Source: Candidatus Peregrinibacteria bacterium
GTDB taxonomy: Bacteria > Patescibacteriota > Gracilibacteria > UBA1369 > LOWO2-01-FULL-3
Reading direction: 5' to 3'
Assembly: GCA_014729275.1 (NCBI GenBank)
Contig: WJKE01000055.1
Span: 1-46,109, forward strand
DNA: 46,109 nucleotides
Below the pieces are notes generated by a model. It searched no databases and was not told the DNA's origin. It saw only the letters and a list, made by a program, of their open reading frames with translations. Position numbers and translations under genes: made by a program. Shown here piece by piece: positions 34,044 to 42,419 of this stretch. Every line of letters starts with the position of its first letter. Positions within the stretch are counted from its first letter, which is position 1.

Positions 34044-34606
34044 TTCTAATTTTGGATAATTATGATTCGTTTACATATAATCTTTATCAACAAATCGAAA
34101 AGTCTGGAGCTAAGACCTGCGTTATAAAGTCTGATAAAGTTAGTGTTAAATGCATCGAAAAATTAAAACCAAAAAGTATTGTAATTTCCCCGGGCCCGGG
34201 AAGGCCAGAAAATAGTGGAAAAGCAATGCAGATAATTCAACATTTTTATAAAAAAATACCAATATTAGGTGTTTGCCTTGGACATCAATGCATTGGGCAA
34301 ATTTTTGGTGCGAAAGTTGTACAAGCACAAAAAATATTTCATGGTAAAACTTCAAATATTGAACATAATGACAATGGTATATTTAAAAATGTAAAGAATC
34401 CCTTTGTTGCTGCCCGATATCATTCGCTTGTAATAGATAAAGTGCCAAACAATTTTATAAAAACCGCATGGTCAAACGACGGAGAAATTATGGCTATAAA
34501 ACACAATATTTACCCCTTGACCGGAATTCAATTTCACCCGGAATCCTTTATGACAATTGAGGGGGATAAATTAATTAAAAATTTCATTAATGAAAGTAAG
34601 GATTGA
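34040..34606 (+). CDS. pabA: Aminodeoxychorismate/anthranilate synthase component II (glutamine amidotransferase)
   Basis: 188 aa. ILILDNYDSFTYNLYQ, GVCLGHQ and GIQFHPES motifs. PabA rather than TrpG is assigned from the folate-operon context only. Confidence 0.85.
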   Translation: MILILDNYDSFTYNLYQQIEKSGAKTCVIKSDKVSVKCIEKLKPKSIVISPGPGRPENSGKAMQIIQHFYKKIPILGVCLGHQCIGQIFGAKVVQAQKIFHGKTSNIEHNDNGIFKNVKNPFVAARYHSLVIDKVPNNFIKTAWSNDGEIMAIKHNIYPLTGIQFHPESFMTIEGDKLIKNFINESKD

Positions 34607-35828
34607 AAAAATTGACCCAATAGATTTTTTTCTAAAATTATCAAAAGAGCGTAATGTTTGTTTTTTACACTCATGTACTAAAGATGGATGGAAATCAATT
34701 ATTGCCTTTAATCCGGATAAAAAATTAACGGGTGATAAAGTTTCACCCAAAAAACTTCAGGAATTTATAGACCAAAATCAAAAAAATTTAATTATTGGCT
34801 ACATTAGTTACGAATATGGCGTAAAGCTACACAAAATTAGAATAAAAACCAAAAATGATTTAAAAACTCCGAAAATCAATTTTAATTCTTTTGAAAATTA
34901 CATAGAGTTTTTTAATAACAAAACAGTCATAAATTATAAAAAAAAAGGATACTTAAAATTATTTGAAGAAATTTTAAATAGAAGGGGTGAAAAATTCACA
35001 AGTTTAGCATCTAAAAACTTTAAAGCCGAACTAAGTCAAGCAGATTATGTAAATGCTTATAAAAAAATTAAGAAGCACATAAAACAAGGAGATATATATC
35101 AAATAAACTTAACACATAGGCTAAAAGCCAAATCAAACATCCCTGCAAAATCATTATTTAAAAAAATTATAAACTATAACCCTGTTGGATTTCTCGCCTA
35201 TATAGAAGGCAAAGGATTCGAGATATTAAGCGCTTCACCCGAAAGATTTGTTAAAATTAAAAAAAATAATATTTTTACAACTCCTATAAAAGGCACCAGA
35301 CCTAGATTTCAAGATATAAAAAAAGATAAAGCTTCATTAAAAAAACTAATTAATAGCGAAAAGGAAGCCAGCGAATTAAATATGATAACAGACCTTTTAA
35401 GGAATGATATTGGAAAAATTTCTAAAATTGGATCTATAAAATTACAAGGAACAAGATTAATTCAAAAATGCCCAAAAGTATGGCATACCTATTCAAAAAT
35501 TAATAGTAAACTAAACAAGGACATTCATCCAATTGAGGCATTGCTCGATTTATTACCCGGCGGGTCTATAAGCGGCTGCCCAAAAAAAAGAGCGTTGGAG
35601 GTGATTAACGAAGTTGAACAAAGCCAAAGGGGAGTTTATACGGGAATAGTTGGGTATATAAAAGGGTATGAAGACATGGATTTCAATATTGCCATTAGAA
35701 CTATACTAAAAAGAGGAAAAGATTTATATTTATCAGTAGGAGGTGGAATAGTTTACGATTCAAAAGACAAAGCCGAACTAAAAGAAACTTATGAAAAAGC
35801 AGCTTCTTTCATGAAAATACTATGTTAA
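34590..35828 (+). CDS. pabB: Aminodeoxychorismate synthase component I (chorismate-binding enzyme)
   Basis: 412 aa. GDIYQINLT, SPERF, PIKGTRPR, LLPGGSISGCPK and RGVYTGIVGY motifs. Assigned PabB from context (pabA upstream, class IV aminotransferase downstream). Confidence 0.82.
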   Translation: MKVRIEKIDPIDFFLKLSKERNVCFLHSCTKDGWKSIIAFNPDKKLTGDKVSPKKLQEFIDQNQKNLIIGYISYEYGVKLHKIRIKTKNDLKTPKINFNSFENYIEFFNNKTVINYKKKGYLKLFEEILNRRGEKFTSLASKNFKAELSQADYVNAYKKIKKHIKQGDIYQINLTHRLKAKSNIPAKSLFKKIINYNPVGFLAYIEGKGFEILSASPERFVKIKKNNIFTTPIKGTRPRFQDIKKDKASLKKLINSEKEASELNMITDLLRNDIGKISKIGSIKLQGTRLIQKCPKVWHTYSKINSKLNKDIHPIEALLDLLPGGSISGCPKKRALEVINEVEQSQRGVYTGIVGYIKGYEDMDFNIAIRTILKRGKDLYLSVGGGIVYDSKDKAELKETYEKAASFMKILC

Positions 35829-36601
35829 TTTTAAAAAACAATAGAATTATAAGGAAAAATAATGCCACTATTTCAATATTTTCCGAAGCGTTTATGTACG
35901 GCTTCGGTGTCTTTGAAACCTTGAGAACATATAATTCTAAAACGTTTGAACTCGAAGCGCACATTAATCGCTTATTTAATTCAGCCAAAGAAATTAAATT
36001 AAAAATTCCATATTCAAAGAAGAGAATAGAAACGATGGTAAAAAAGTTGGTTAAGCTTTTAAAATTCGAGAATCAATTAATTAAAATTATCAGTACAAAA
36101 GAAGACTTATTTATAATTTCAAGTAAGCTAAAGTATAAAGAGTCCTTAATTAAGGACGGAGTTGCAGTAAAAACCATAGAGCTTCAAAGAAAATTGCCAA
36201 GTATTAAATCAATATCATATTTAAGTTCTTACATTGCAAATAATGAAGCAAAAAATAAAAATTACTACGAAGCACTTTTAATAGATAGCCATAAAAATAT
36301 CTCTGAAGGTGCATATTCTAATATATTTTGGTTTGAAAGAGATAAGCTGTGCACCAATTCAAAAAATATTTTGCATGGGATAACAAGAGAAATAGTAATA
36401 AAAATTAGTCCCTTCAAAGTAAAATACAAAGGAATTAAATTAAGTTCATTACTCAACAAAAAAGAGATTTTTTTAACACAAACATCTAAAGGAATCATAC
36501 CTGTCGTAAAAATTGACAAAACAATTATAAACAAAGGAGTACCCGGACATAAAACAAAAGAATTAATAAAACGCTTTAGCGACTACGCTTTAGGTACTTA
36601 A
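35822..36601 (+). CDS. pabC: Aminodeoxychorismate lyase / class IV aminotransferase-fold protein
   Basis: 259 aa. GFGVFETLR, EGAYSNIFW and GITRE motifs of fold-type IV PLP enzymes. The PabC call is contextual. Confidence 0.7.
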   Translation: MLILKNNRIIRKNNATISIFSEAFMYGFGVFETLRTYNSKTFELEAHINRLFNSAKEIKLKIPYSKKRIETMVKKLVKLLKFENQLIKIISTKEDLFIISSKLKYKESLIKDGVAVKTIELQRKLPSIKSISYLSSYIANNEAKNKNYYEALLIDSHKNISEGAYSNIFWFERDKLCTNSKNILHGITREIVIKISPFKVKYKGIKLSSLLNKKEIFLTQTSKGIIPVVKIDKTIINKGVPGHKTKELIKRFSDYALGT

Positions 36602-37190
36602 TTAAATAAAAAATAATCACAAAAAGTACAATACCTATAAGGCCCAAAGTAATTTCTGAATAATACTTTTGAAGAACCTCTTCATTTGTTCCAAAAAAAT
36701 AACCTAATAGTGCCAGAATAATAATCCAAATTCCGGATCCCAAGGATGTATAAATAATAAAAGCCAAAAAATTCATCTTTATAAAACCTGCGGGAATAGA
36801 AATCAATTGCCTTATAGCAGGGATTAATCTTCCAAAAAAAGTCGATATATTGCCGAATTTTTTTAAATAATTTTCAGCATTAATAATCTTGTCCTCATCT
36901 ATTAAAAGATATTTAGCAAATCTCGTTTTAGCCAATTTATAAACCAAACGCCTGCCCAAGGTGAAACCAATAAAATAATTAATTGTCGCGCCCAGCAAAG
37001 TACCTGCAAGGCCTAAAAATATAATCAAATAGATATTCATCTCGCCGCGAGCTGCCAAAACTGCTGCAGGAGGAATAACAATTTCAGAAGGAAAAGGAAT
37101 AAATGAGCTTTCAATAGTCATTAGAGCAAAAATACCAAAATACCCCCAACTCTCAGTTAAAATTATAAAAAAATCAATAATATGTGCCAT
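36576..37190 (-). CDS. DedA family membrane protein
   Basis: 204 aa. GYFGIFALMTIESSFIPFPSEIVIPPAA and FGRLIPAIRQLISIPAG are DedA/SNARE-associated signatures. Confidence 0.85.
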   Translation of the reverse strand: MAHIIDFFIILTESWGYFGIFALMTIESSFIPFPSEIVIPPAAVLAARGEMNIYLIIFLGLAGTLLGATINYFIGFTLGRRLVYKLAKTRFAKYLLIDEDKIINAENYLKKFGNISTFFGRLIPAIRQLISIPAGFIKMNFLAFIIYTSLGSGIWIIILALLGYFFGTNEEVLQKYYSEITLGLIGIVLFVIIFYLIKYLKRSR

Positions 37191-37218
37191 TGATCAAAAG
37201 TTTAAAAAATGTTATAAT
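37190..37218 (+). promoter_or_regulatory. Sigma70-like promoter with extended -10 for the exosortase-family gene
   Basis: TTGATC (37190-37195), 17-nt spacer ending TGT, TATAAT (37213-37218). It lies inside the longest-ORF version (37184 start), which argues that the real start is the ATG at 37238. Confidence 0.45.
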
Positions 37219-37237
37219 TAAAAGAATATTAACAGTT

Positions 37238-38167
37238 ATGAATAGTAAAAAACTACTAAAAAACAAAGGATTTGTACAATTTATTATAAGGCTTGGTATC
37301 TTTATTATGCTTTATGTTCTTGCAGCCTATTTTTACCCGGACATAAAGGCATATTTCTTCCAAAAATGGACACTATTTTGGAATGGTTACCAGGCATTGG
37401 TAATATTTTATTTAATTTTGATATTTCTTTATACAAAAAGAGAAAAACTATTAAAGTTAAAACCATACAAAAACAGTATACTGCAAGGAATTATTTTTTC
37501 AGCCCTTGCATTATTTTTATTGGCAGTAAGATTTGAACCAATGGCAAAATTTTTAGGTATTGAGAATATCTTTATAGTTTATTTTATAAATTTTGGATTA
37601 GCAGCATTTTTTTTATTTCTGGCAATATTCAATTTAAACTTTGCATTTAAAAAATTCTTTTGGGAATTAACAACAATTATATCGGTGATAATAGTTAGTT
37701 ATACCTTAATTACAATTGGGCCATATTATAGTGAATTAATGGTTCGACCGATTCAGTGGGGATTAGAGCTCGGTTTGCCGTATTTATTATCGGACATACA
37801 AATTATCCCAATATCAGATGGATTTATACTGGATTTTAACGAATTCAGGCTCAATGTTTTACCAGCTTGTTCAGGGATATATTCATTTACTGCATTTACA
37901 TTGCTTTACATTTCAGCAGTGATATTCAGAAAGGAACAAGGAAAAGTAAATTTTTTAAAAGCTTTTTGCTATTGGCTAATTGGCGTATCAATTCTCTATA
38001 TATTAAACATTTTCAGAATATTTCTGATAACATATCTATCAAAACAAGTGTCGCAGGAGTTTGCGATTGAGTATTTTCACGAATACGCCAGCTCAATATT
38101 TTTATTGACCTTGTTTATTATTTATCTTTACTACGTAATTCCAAAAATAGTAGAGTTCAAAAGTTAA
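37238..38167 (+). CDS. Exosortase/archaeosortase family transpeptidase-like membrane protein
   Basis: Longest ORF is 37184-38167 (327 aa). I prefer the start at 37238 (MNSKKLL...). Multi-pass protein with the family Cys/Arg/His triad contexts: LPACSGIYSF, LNIFRIFLITYL, EYFHEYASS. Confidence 0.62.
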   Translation: MNSKKLLKNKGFVQFIIRLGIFIMLYVLAAYFYPDIKAYFFQKWTLFWNGYQALVIFYLILIFLYTKREKLLKLKPYKNSILQGIIFSALALFLLAVRFEPMAKFLGIENIFIVYFINFGLAAFFLFLAIFNLNFAFKKFFWELTTIISVIIVSYTLITIGPYYSELMVRPIQWGLELGLPYLLSDIQIIPISDGFILDFNEFRLNVLPACSGIYSFTAFTLLYISAVIFRKEQGKVNFLKAFCYWLIGVSILYILNIFRIFLITYLSKQVSQEFAIEYFHEYASSIFLLTLFIIYLYYVIPKIVEFKS

Positions 38168-38192
38168 TAGATTCCAATATGATGAATACCGC

Positions 38193-38248
38193 GTGTCCAT
38201 TTTTTTGGTATGGATCAACTGTGTCCACTTTTTGGGGTACAGATCAAT
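38193..38248. repeat. Imperfect tandem direct repeat (2 x ~28 bp) abutting the 3' end of tRNA-Leu
   Basis: GTGTCCATTTTTTTGGTATGGATCAACT (38193-38220) is followed directly by GTGTCCACTTTTTGGGGTACAGATCAAT (38221-38248). They share GTGTCCA, a T-run, GGTA and GATCAA. Position 38248 is the last base of the tRNA's CCA. Confidence 0.7.
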
Positions 38249-38334
38249 GGTGCCCAGGGAGGGACTTGAACCCTCACTTTCCAAGGAAAACTGGATTTTG
38301 AATCCAGCGCGTCTACCGGTTCCGCCACCTGGGC
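38248..38334 (-). tRNA. tRNA-Leu (anticodon CAA)
   Basis: Reverse complement is GCCCAGGTGGCGGAACCGGTAGACGCGCTGGATTCAAAATCCAGTTTTCCTTGGAAAGTGAGGGTTCAAGTCCCTCCCTGGGCACCA. This is an 87-nt class II tRNA. Acceptor GCCCAGG/CCTGGGC; anticodon arm CTGGA-TTCAAAA-TCCAG; long variable arm (TTCC-TT-GGAA); T arm GAGGG-TTCAAGT-CCCTC; CCA encoded. Confidence 0.93.
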
Positions 38335-38371
38335 AAATTCAGTAAACTAAAAGTAGCAAAAATTACTAATA

Positions 38372-38400
38372 TTGAAAAGATTTGATTCGCTCTATATAGT
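38372..38400 (+). promoter_or_regulatory. Possible promoter for obg; its position implies a leaderless or near-leaderless mRNA
   Basis: TTGAAA (38372-38377), 17-nt spacer, TATAGT (38395-38400). The obg ATG begins at 38407, only 6 nt after the -10. Confidence 0.35.
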
Positions 38401-38406
38401 AATACC

Positions 38407-39699
38407 ATGTTTTGTGATGAATTAAACATAAAGGTGAAAGCGGGCAATGGCGGAAACGGATGCATGAGCTTTCGTAGAGAAAAATTTATTCCCAAAGGTG
38501 GCCCCGACGGGGGAGATGGAGGTAATGGAGGAAATATTATTCTTATTGCCGACAAAAATTTAAATAATCTGGGGCCTTTAGCTCAAAAAAAAGTTTATAA
38601 AGCTGAAAACGGGGTAAGTGGAATGGGAAAAAAAATGCATGGTAGAAACGGTAAGGATCTCAAAATTTTTGTCCCTGTTGGAACAATAGTTTTCAATAAA
38701 AACAAAACCAAAGTACTGGCAGATCTGGATACAGAAAAAAAATCAAAAACAATTGTTAAAGGCGGAAAAGGGGGACTCGGAAATGCAAGATTTGCAACTG
38801 CAGTCCATAGAACACCAAGATTTGCAGAAACAGGAGAACCTGGAGAAGAAATGCAGATCGTTCTGGAATTAAAACTTGTAGCAGATATTGGATTAATTGG
38901 ACTACCTTCAACGGGAAAATCTACGTTAATCTCGGTAATCAGCAATGCAAAACCCAAAATTGCGGCATATCATTTTACTACACTGTCTCCAAACCTGGGA
39001 ATCGTAGATATGAGAAAATTTGGAGCTTCATCCAACGATAATTTTATAGTTGCAGATATACCCGGTCTTATAAAAGGAGCAAGCAAAGGAAAAGGCCTGG
39101 GGCATAAATTTTTAAAACATATTAGTAGAACAAGAGTACTAATTCATCTTATTGATATTACATCCAATAATATCCAAAAAGATTACGAAGTAATAAATAA
39201 AGAATTAAAAAATTTTGATAAAGATCTGGCCAAAAAAAAACAACTCATAGCTCTAAATAAAATAGACATACTTGACGAAGACGAAATAAAGGTAAAACTA
39301 AAAAGCATAAATTTTAAATCTTTTCATTTGATAAGTGCGCTTAGCAAAAAAGGACTAAAACCATTAATATTTGATTGTATAAAAGCACTAAAATCCGAAA
39401 AAAACGTAAAAAAAGAAAGTAAAACAAAAAAAGCTCTACCCGTATTAAAACCCCATCTAAAAAATAAACCGATTTCTTTGAAAGTGGTAAGCAAGAAAGA
39501 CGGTAGTAAAACATTCGAAATAGACGGCGAAAAAATAAATAGGCTTGTAATAATGACTGATATTAAAAATAAGGAAGGGCTGTATAGAATATATAAATAT
39601 CTCGAAAAATCAGGATTGCAAAAAGAGCTTAAACAAAAAAAAGCCTCCCCCGGTGATAATCTCAAAATTAATGGTAAATTAATCCCATATCAGGAATAA
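38407..39699 (+). CDS. obg: GTPase Obg/CgtA
   Basis: 430 aa. Obg fold start (FCDELNIKVKAGNGGNGCMSFRREKFIPKGGPDGGDGGNGG), G domain (GLPSTGKSTL, DIPGLI, NKID), and a C-terminal OCT-like domain. Confidence 0.94.
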   Translation: MFCDELNIKVKAGNGGNGCMSFRREKFIPKGGPDGGDGGNGGNIILIADKNLNNLGPLAQKKVYKAENGVSGMGKKMHGRNGKDLKIFVPVGTIVFNKNKTKVLADLDTEKKSKTIVKGGKGGLGNARFATAVHRTPRFAETGEPGEEMQIVLELKLVADIGLIGLPSTGKSTLISVISNAKPKIAAYHFTTLSPNLGIVDMRKFGASSNDNFIVADIPGLIKGASKGKGLGHKFLKHISRTRVLIHLIDITSNNIQKDYEVINKELKNFDKDLAKKKQLIALNKIDILDEDEIKVKLKSINFKSFHLISALSKKGLKPLIFDCIKALKSEKNVKKESKTKKALPVLKPHLKNKPISLKVVSKKDGSKTFEIDGEKINRLVIMTDIKNKEGLYRIYKYLEKSGLQKELKQKKASPGDNLKINGKLIPYQE

Positions 39700-39700
39700 C

Positions 39701-40264
39701 ATGAAATTAATTATTGGACTTGGAAATATAGGTAAAGAATACGAAAAAACACGACATAATTGTGGTTTTATGCTTATCAACAAACTTCATAAAAAATTTG
39801 AAGATATGCATATTCCAATAGAAGAGAGGAAAGAAAACGATTTTAAAGCAATTATCGCTCAATTTAAGTATAATAATGAAACTATCATTACCGCAAAACC
39901 AACTACATTAATGAATCTATCGGGTGAAAGTGCCTATAAACTCGTTAAATTTTATAAAATTAAGGAAAATAATCTATTTATTGCTTATGATGATGTAGAT
40001 CTCCCCCTGGGAAAAATTCGAGTAAGGCAAAATGGATCAGCAGGCACACACAATGGAATGAAATCAGTCATTGAAAAATTAGGAAATGCGTCATTCAATA
40101 GAATTCGTATAGGAATTGAGTCGAGAGGTGATACTGCTCCCAAATTACAAGATCTTAGTAGCTTTGTTCTGTCCAACTTTAGCAAGAAGGAACTTAAAAC
40201 ATTAAATAACAGTCTTGAGGAAGCAGCTGAAAAAATACTTGACCTATTGGGCAATTTTACTTAA
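39701..40264 (+). CDS. pth: Peptidyl-tRNA hydrolase
   Basis: 187 aa. MKLIIGLGNIGKEYEKTRHNCGF, YDDVDLPLGKIRVR and GSAGTHNGMKS motifs. Confidence 0.93.
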   Translation: MKLIIGLGNIGKEYEKTRHNCGFMLINKLHKKFEDMHIPIEERKENDFKAIIAQFKYNNETIITAKPTTLMNLSGESAYKLVKFYKIKENNLFIAYDDVDLPLGKIRVRQNGSAGTHNGMKSVIEKLGNASFNRIRIGIESRGDTAPKLQDLSSFVLSNFSKKELKTLNNSLEEAAEKILDLLGNFT

Positions 40265-40294
40265 ATTTATATAGCAAATTTTAAAAAGATAAAT

Positions 40295-40603
40295 ATGTAC
40301 GCAATAATTGAAACAGGCGGTAAGCAATATAAAGCTGAAGAGGGTAAAATCATTGAAGTTGAAAAACTTAATGATAAAGAAGGAAAAGAAGTCACTTTTG
40401 ATAAAGTTCTATTAATTTCCGATAAAGGAAAAACATCAGTTGGTACTCCATACCTTGAAGGAAAAACCGTTAATGGAACAATTAAGGAGCATAAGAAAAC
40501 AGAAAAAGTTACTGTCTTTAAAATGAAACCTAAAAAGCGTTACAAAAGAACTCAAGGGCACAAACAAAATTACTCTGTGGTGGAAATTACGAGCATCAAG
40601 TAA
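40295..40603 (+). CDS. rplU: 50S ribosomal protein L21
   Basis: 102 aa. MYAIIETGGKQYK start and ...KKRYKRTQGHKQ motif. Confidence 0.93.
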   Translation: MYAIIETGGKQYKAEEGKIIEVEKLNDKEGKEVTFDKVLLISDKGKTSVGTPYLEGKTVNGTIKEHKKTEKVTVFKMKPKKRYKRTQGHKQNYSVVEITSIK

Positions 40604-41542
40604 TTATAACATTAAATCAAGTACCAGTTTTAAATCAGTTGGTAAATTTGAATTAAATTCTACCATTTTTCTTGTATCCGGATCTCTGAACTTAATACAG
40701 TTTGCATGAAGAAACTGCCTTTGTAATGAATAATTTTTACTAAAAAGAAAATTAATTTTCCTATTTCCATAAACCTTATCACCAACTACAGGATGACCTA
40801 TAGCAGAAAAATGAACCCTTATTTGATGTGTTCTTCCCGTATGCAAAGTTATATTTAACAAGGAAAAAATGGATTCATTATGTTTATATAAATGATTTAG
40901 TCTATATTCCGTAATAGAATTTTTTGCTTTCGATGAAATACCAACCGCCATACGTTTACGGTTTTTTGGATCTCTAATAATAGGTGAGTCAATAATACCT
41001 TCCTTATAGTCAAGCTCGCCGACACAAAGGGCAGTATAATATTTCGATATGTTTCTATTCTTGAACAGATTAACAAAATATTCATAAGCTGTTTTATTTT
41101 TTGTAATAATCATAAGGCCGGACGTGTCCTTATCCAACCTATGTACTATTCCCGGTCTGGTGGGGTAGGGGAAGGTTTCTGGGCTATCTATACGGTCTAA
41201 GATAGCATTTACAATCGTTCCTCCTGTATGGGCAGCATCACCGGTAGGATGAACTACTTTTCCGGCTGGTTTATCAATTATTAAATAAGAATCAGATTCA
41301 AATAAAATATCAAAATCTAAGTGCTCAGGTATTAAATCCACCTCCTGACTCGGTACAATAAACTCAATTTTATCCCCCTTTTTAAGTAAATAATTTGCAT
41401 TTACATTTTCACCATTAACAAAAATTTTTGAATTCTTTATTAAATGTTGAATAAAATTTCTGGAATACGCGCTAAAAGTGCCGGATAAAAACCTATCCAA
41501 ACGAATTTTTGCAGATTCTTTATACTTTAGTATTTTTCTCAT
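40604..41542 (-). CDS. rluD: RluA-family 23S rRNA pseudouridine synthase with N-terminal S4 domain (RluD-type)
   Basis: 312 aa. S4-like N-terminus (RLDRFLS...VNGE). Catalytic HRLDKDTSGLMI, GRTHQIRVH, and the C-terminal part. Confidence 0.85.
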   Translation of the reverse strand: MRKILKYKESAKIRLDRFLSGTFSAYSRNFIQHLIKNSKIFVNGENVNANYLLKKGDKIEFIVPSQEVDLIPEHLDFDILFESDSYLIIDKPAGKVVHPTGDAAHTGGTIVNAILDRIDSPETFPYPTRPGIVHRLDKDTSGLMIITKNKTAYEYFVNLFKNRNISKYYTALCVGELDYKEGIIDSPIIRDPKNRKRMAVGISSKAKNSITEYRLNHLYKHNESIFSLLNITLHTGRTHQIRVHFSAIGHPVVGDKVYGNRKINFLFSKNYSLQRQFLHANCIKFRDPDTRKMVEFNSNLPTDLKLVLDLML

Positions 41543-42293
41543 TTAAATTCCAAATTGGTTGAAAAATTTTCTTCTGAATTAAATGTAGCTCTTTGCTATC
41601 TATTGAAACAGCATATTCCTTTCTCTTTACAAAATTAAACATTATTAACTTGTTCTTGTAAATATTAACTGAACTTGCAAAAACGCTACCAAATTCCTCA
41701 TTTTTTAAAAAAAGAACATTTGCTTTTGAAAAACCACAAGAATAAAACTCAGCAAAAAAAGCCCCGGATTTTTTTGTATCCGGGGCAATTATCTTTATAT
41801 CCTTTTGTAAATCTATTGCAATAGAAATAAATTCATTAAGCAATTCGGGAAATTGGGATTCCAAAGGCAAAAACATATGGACGTAGGGCGAAGCCTGTAA
41901 TTCATCAAGTAAAATATACCTAATAGCCTCAATCCCTTCCCTATACTCTACATGCGGTTTTGTATAGCTAATATTTGAATTGACTTTGCGAATTTTTGGA
42001 ATTAATTTTTTCAGTTGTGTTTTATGAAAATCGAAAGATTTAGCTTTTTTTTCCAAATAAGTAACAATACAATTTGGATCATTTGAGCTGTAATAAGTAA
42101 TATTATTTTTTTTTACCATTGCAACAAAGCCCTTGGATAATAGCGATTTTAATACAGAGTAAGCAGTAGTTCGATTTAATGAACATTCACTTGCAATAAT
42201 ACTTACAGCCTGAGAACCAATTCCCAATAAATGCAAATACACCTTCACCTCGGTTTTACTAAGACCAATTCTTATAAGGTTTTCCTCGAGCAT
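41520..42293 (-). CDS. TrmB-family transcriptional regulator
   Basis: 257 aa. N-terminal winged-helix IGLSKTEVKVYLHLLGIGSQAVSIIASECSLNRTTAYSVLKSLLSKGFV typical of the TrmB HTH, plus a C-terminal TrmB-like effector region. Confidence 0.6.
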   Translation of the reverse strand: MLEENLIRIGLSKTEVKVYLHLLGIGSQAVSIIASECSLNRTTAYSVLKSLLSKGFVAMVKKNNITYYSSNDPNCIVTYLEKKAKSFDFHKTQLKKLIPKIRKVNSNISYTKPHVEYREGIEAIRYILLDELQASPYVHMFLPLESQFPELLNEFISIAIDLQKDIKIIAPDTKKSGAFFAEFYSCGFSKANVLFLKNEEFGSVFASSVNIYKNKLIMFNFVKRKEYAVSIDSKELHLIQKKIFQPIWNLNEKNTKV

Positions 42294-42419
42294 ACAAAAG
42301 TTTAAAGGAGTCTAAAATAAAATTTTTGAATACAAAATGTCAACAATCTGGAACAATTTGTAATGAATTTGTCATTTTTGCTGGGATTTGATAATTTTAA
42401 GAAAATTTAAATATTACTT

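Noticed and set aside
38102-38555. Minus-strand ORFs 38102-38284 and 38313-38555
   Set aside because: The first runs through tRNA-Leu and the tandem repeat. The second is antisense to the Gly-rich Obg N-terminus, and its Pro-rich translation is the mirror of GGN codons.
40295-40603. rplU is not followed by rpmA (L27); the gene order is obg-pth-rplU instead of rplU-rpmA-obg
   Set aside because: This is a rearrangement worth noting, but rpmA is most likely encoded elsewhere in the genome. Absence from one window is not evidence of loss.
42294-42419. Possible T-box leader upstream of tyrS (and of cysS), and an FMN riboswitch upstream of ribBA (19394-19405)
   Set aside because: The available spacers (126 nt, none, and 12 nt) are too short for these elements. 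No specifier/T-box or RFN core sequences were seen.
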